A DNA stretch of 63,928 nucleotides, filler included, from Octopus bimaculoides (lineage: Eukaryota): assembly GCF_001194135.2 (NCBI RefSeq). It is 8 parts of 7 records of this genome, joined end to end, with 100 filler letters (N's around TTAATTAATTAA, not from the genome) between each part and the next. Parts side by side here need not be neighbours in the genome. Positions count along the whole stretch, not along the records: positions 40,442 to 62,422 come from NC_068986.1; positions 62,523 to 63,928 come from NC_068998.1; 6 more parts are not named here. One strand, 5' to 3'. Made by a program: the position numbers and the translations under genes. The notes under the pieces were generated by a model. It saw only the letters and a program-made list of their open reading frames with translations. It searched no databases and was not told the origin of the DNA. Numbering within the stretch: the stretch's first letter is position 1; every line of letters begins with the position of its first letter. Shown here one piece after another: positions 62,184 to 63,928 of the stretch.

Positions 62184-62422
62184 ATCATCATCATCATCAT
62201 CGTTTAACGTCCGCTTTCCATGCTAGCATGGGTTGGACGACTTGACTGAGGACTGGTGAAACCGGATGGCAACACCAGGCTCCAATCTAAATTTGGCAGA
62301 GTTTCTACAGCTGGATGCCCTTCCTAACGCCAACCACTCAGAGAGTGTAGTAGGTGCTTTTACGTGTCACCTGCACGAAGGCCAGTCAGGCGATACTGGC
62401 AACGGCCATGCTCGAAATGGTG
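62184..62422 (-). mobile_element. RTE-X/SINE 3' tail (young copy), cut by linker
   Basis: Near-identical to the reverse complement of about 100-310. Confidence 0.88.
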
Positions 62423-62522
62423 NNNNNNNNNNNNNNNNNNNNNNNNNNNNNNNNNNNNNNNNNNNNTTAATTAATTAANNNNNNNNNNNNNNNNNNNNNN
62501 NNNNNNNNNNNNNNNNNNNNNN
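62423..62522. other. Artificial scaffold-join spacer
   Basis: 44N-TTAATTAATTAA-44N. Confidence 0.97.
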
Positions 62523-62832
62523 GGGGATTGCTCAAAACCGTATTCGAAAGATTCAGCTTGTTGGAACTTTCTAAGAGGTATAAAAATGAAGAAGTCAGTC
62601 ATTTTACTACAATTGTCAAGAACCCAACTGTCAGTTACGTACATTTTGAAATCTGATGATTACTACGAACGTATGAAAGTGCTAATTGAACTGTATGAAC
62701 ATTACAAATATTTTTTTTAATGTTTAACACATTTCAATATTGCAAAAAATACTTTTTAAATACAATAATAAAAAGTGTGAAAACCAGAGCATGTTTTAAT
62801 TTTATTCAACTGATATATATATATATATATAT

Positions 62833-63830
62833 ACTAGCTGTTGGACCCGGCGTTGCTCGTGTTTTCCGTGTTGACGTTAAGCCCACCTCTGACCTTATAT
62901 TGAAATTTTCTACGTTCCCCGCTTCAACTATTACCCATTAATATGTCATATCTAGTTCGGCAGGATTAGGGATTTTACCCGGTTAACGCTTTCGACATAC
63001 TTCTACATACTGGACCGTCTGAAATCGCAGTAAAACTTTTGGGAGTACCTCGACCCGTTGAGAGTGATGTCTGTTTATTTCTCTCCCCTTAATGCCACCC
63101 TCTGTACGAAATTGATCAGCGTGTCCAATCTCAGCAAAATCCGAAGAAGAGTGTTAAGGTTATGTCATAAAATAGAATTCATGTGACCATTTACATATCC
63201 CATTGACTTTTAAATCCCCATACATTATATGAATAATTGATGTTTCATATGTCGAAGTGCTTAATTTTACTCATGGGTCAATTTTCTTCAAAATCAGTTC
63301 ATTATTTTATTGTGAGTGAATTTTGACGATTTTTACCTTTCACCAGTTTGATTTTACTTCTACTACATGACTCCGACCATAAACTTTCATCAAAATCGAA
63401 TGAATTCTGTAAATGTTACAGCATAAAACATTAATCCTATGGGTAATTGCTTACAGAAAGCCTATTCATTTCTTAAAGTCCCCCGCTCAAGCGCAATTAT
63501 CGATTTTTTTTTTTGTCAACGCGATATATTAACATCAACTCACTGCCATGAGCCTCACTCACTCATCGATTTTCATCAAAATCGGAGAATAGATGCAAAA
63601 GCTGCAGAAAAATAACATCGTTATGGGAATTTTCATTCAAACGCCCGATTGAGCTCACAAAAATCGATGCCAATTGAGCATTATCGAGTTTTCGAAAAAT
63701 CTCGGCCTCATTTGAACTTCAGGGCATGTGATCTACCTATGAGCCAAAACTCATTAAAATCGGCTGGATGGTGTGGGAGGAGTTAGAGTAACCCCAAACA
63801 CACAGACAGACAGACACTATTACACATTTA
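62833..63830 (+). mobile_element. Non-autonomous Helitron/Helentron-associated (HINE/Lep1-like) element
   Basis: 5' (TA)n-ACTAGCTGTTGGACCCGGCGTTGC; repeated CAAAATCG-like motif (about 63137, 63289, 63391, 63577, 63755); 3' AAAATCGG...GGAGGAGTTAG...(CAGA)n before microsatellite. Confidence 0.65.
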
Positions 63831-63861
<31 letters not shown>

Positions 63862-63928
63862 ATATGTATATATAGCCCTCTTAGACATGCCCACGGTCAC
63901 TCGGACAGCCACTGTCACTAGCTATGCC

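Noticed and set aside
62653-62678. CTGATGA...GAAA hammerhead candidate
   Set aside because: Stem II is offset from the core, and no stem I, stem III or NUH triplet can be formed.

Overview
This is eukaryotic, AT-rich, repeat-saturated DNA. The SINE families, LINE families and microsatellite load look like an octopus (coleoid cephalopod) genome; that is my recognition, not a database result. The window is not one locus. Seven identical 100-bp spacers (44 N + TTAATTAATTAA + 44 N) join eight separate scaffold pieces: 1-4894, 4995-7869, 7970-24518, 24619-30489, 30590-34892, 34993-40341, 40442-62422 and 62523-63928. There are also about 11 internal N-gaps, most next to microsatellites. I found no confidently identifiable host protein-coding gene, rRNA, tRNA or CRISPR array, and most of the supplied ORFs are microsatellite or N-gap artefacts. 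The content is a transposon graveyard. Retroelements: an L1/Tx1-type LINE (ORF1 with CCHC knuckle, ORF2 with APE and RT) plus an older copy, BovB-like RTE, RTE-X-like, CR1/L2-like and R4/Dong-like LINE relics, several Penelope-like relics, a TRIM-like mini LTR element and tRNA-derived SINEs. DNA elements: three copies of a Tc1 family with DD36E spacing, DD34D mariners, a maT-like relic, a hAT transposon and Helitron/HINE-like elements. The most notable structures outside the ORF track are three long fold-back (inverted-repeat) elements, a minimal hammerhead-ribozyme-like motif, the TRIM-like element, the DD36E Tc1 family, and a Tx1-like 5' end abutting a (TCTA)n array. I cannot support a novel multi-gene system here. 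All alignments and identities were done by eye and are approximate.
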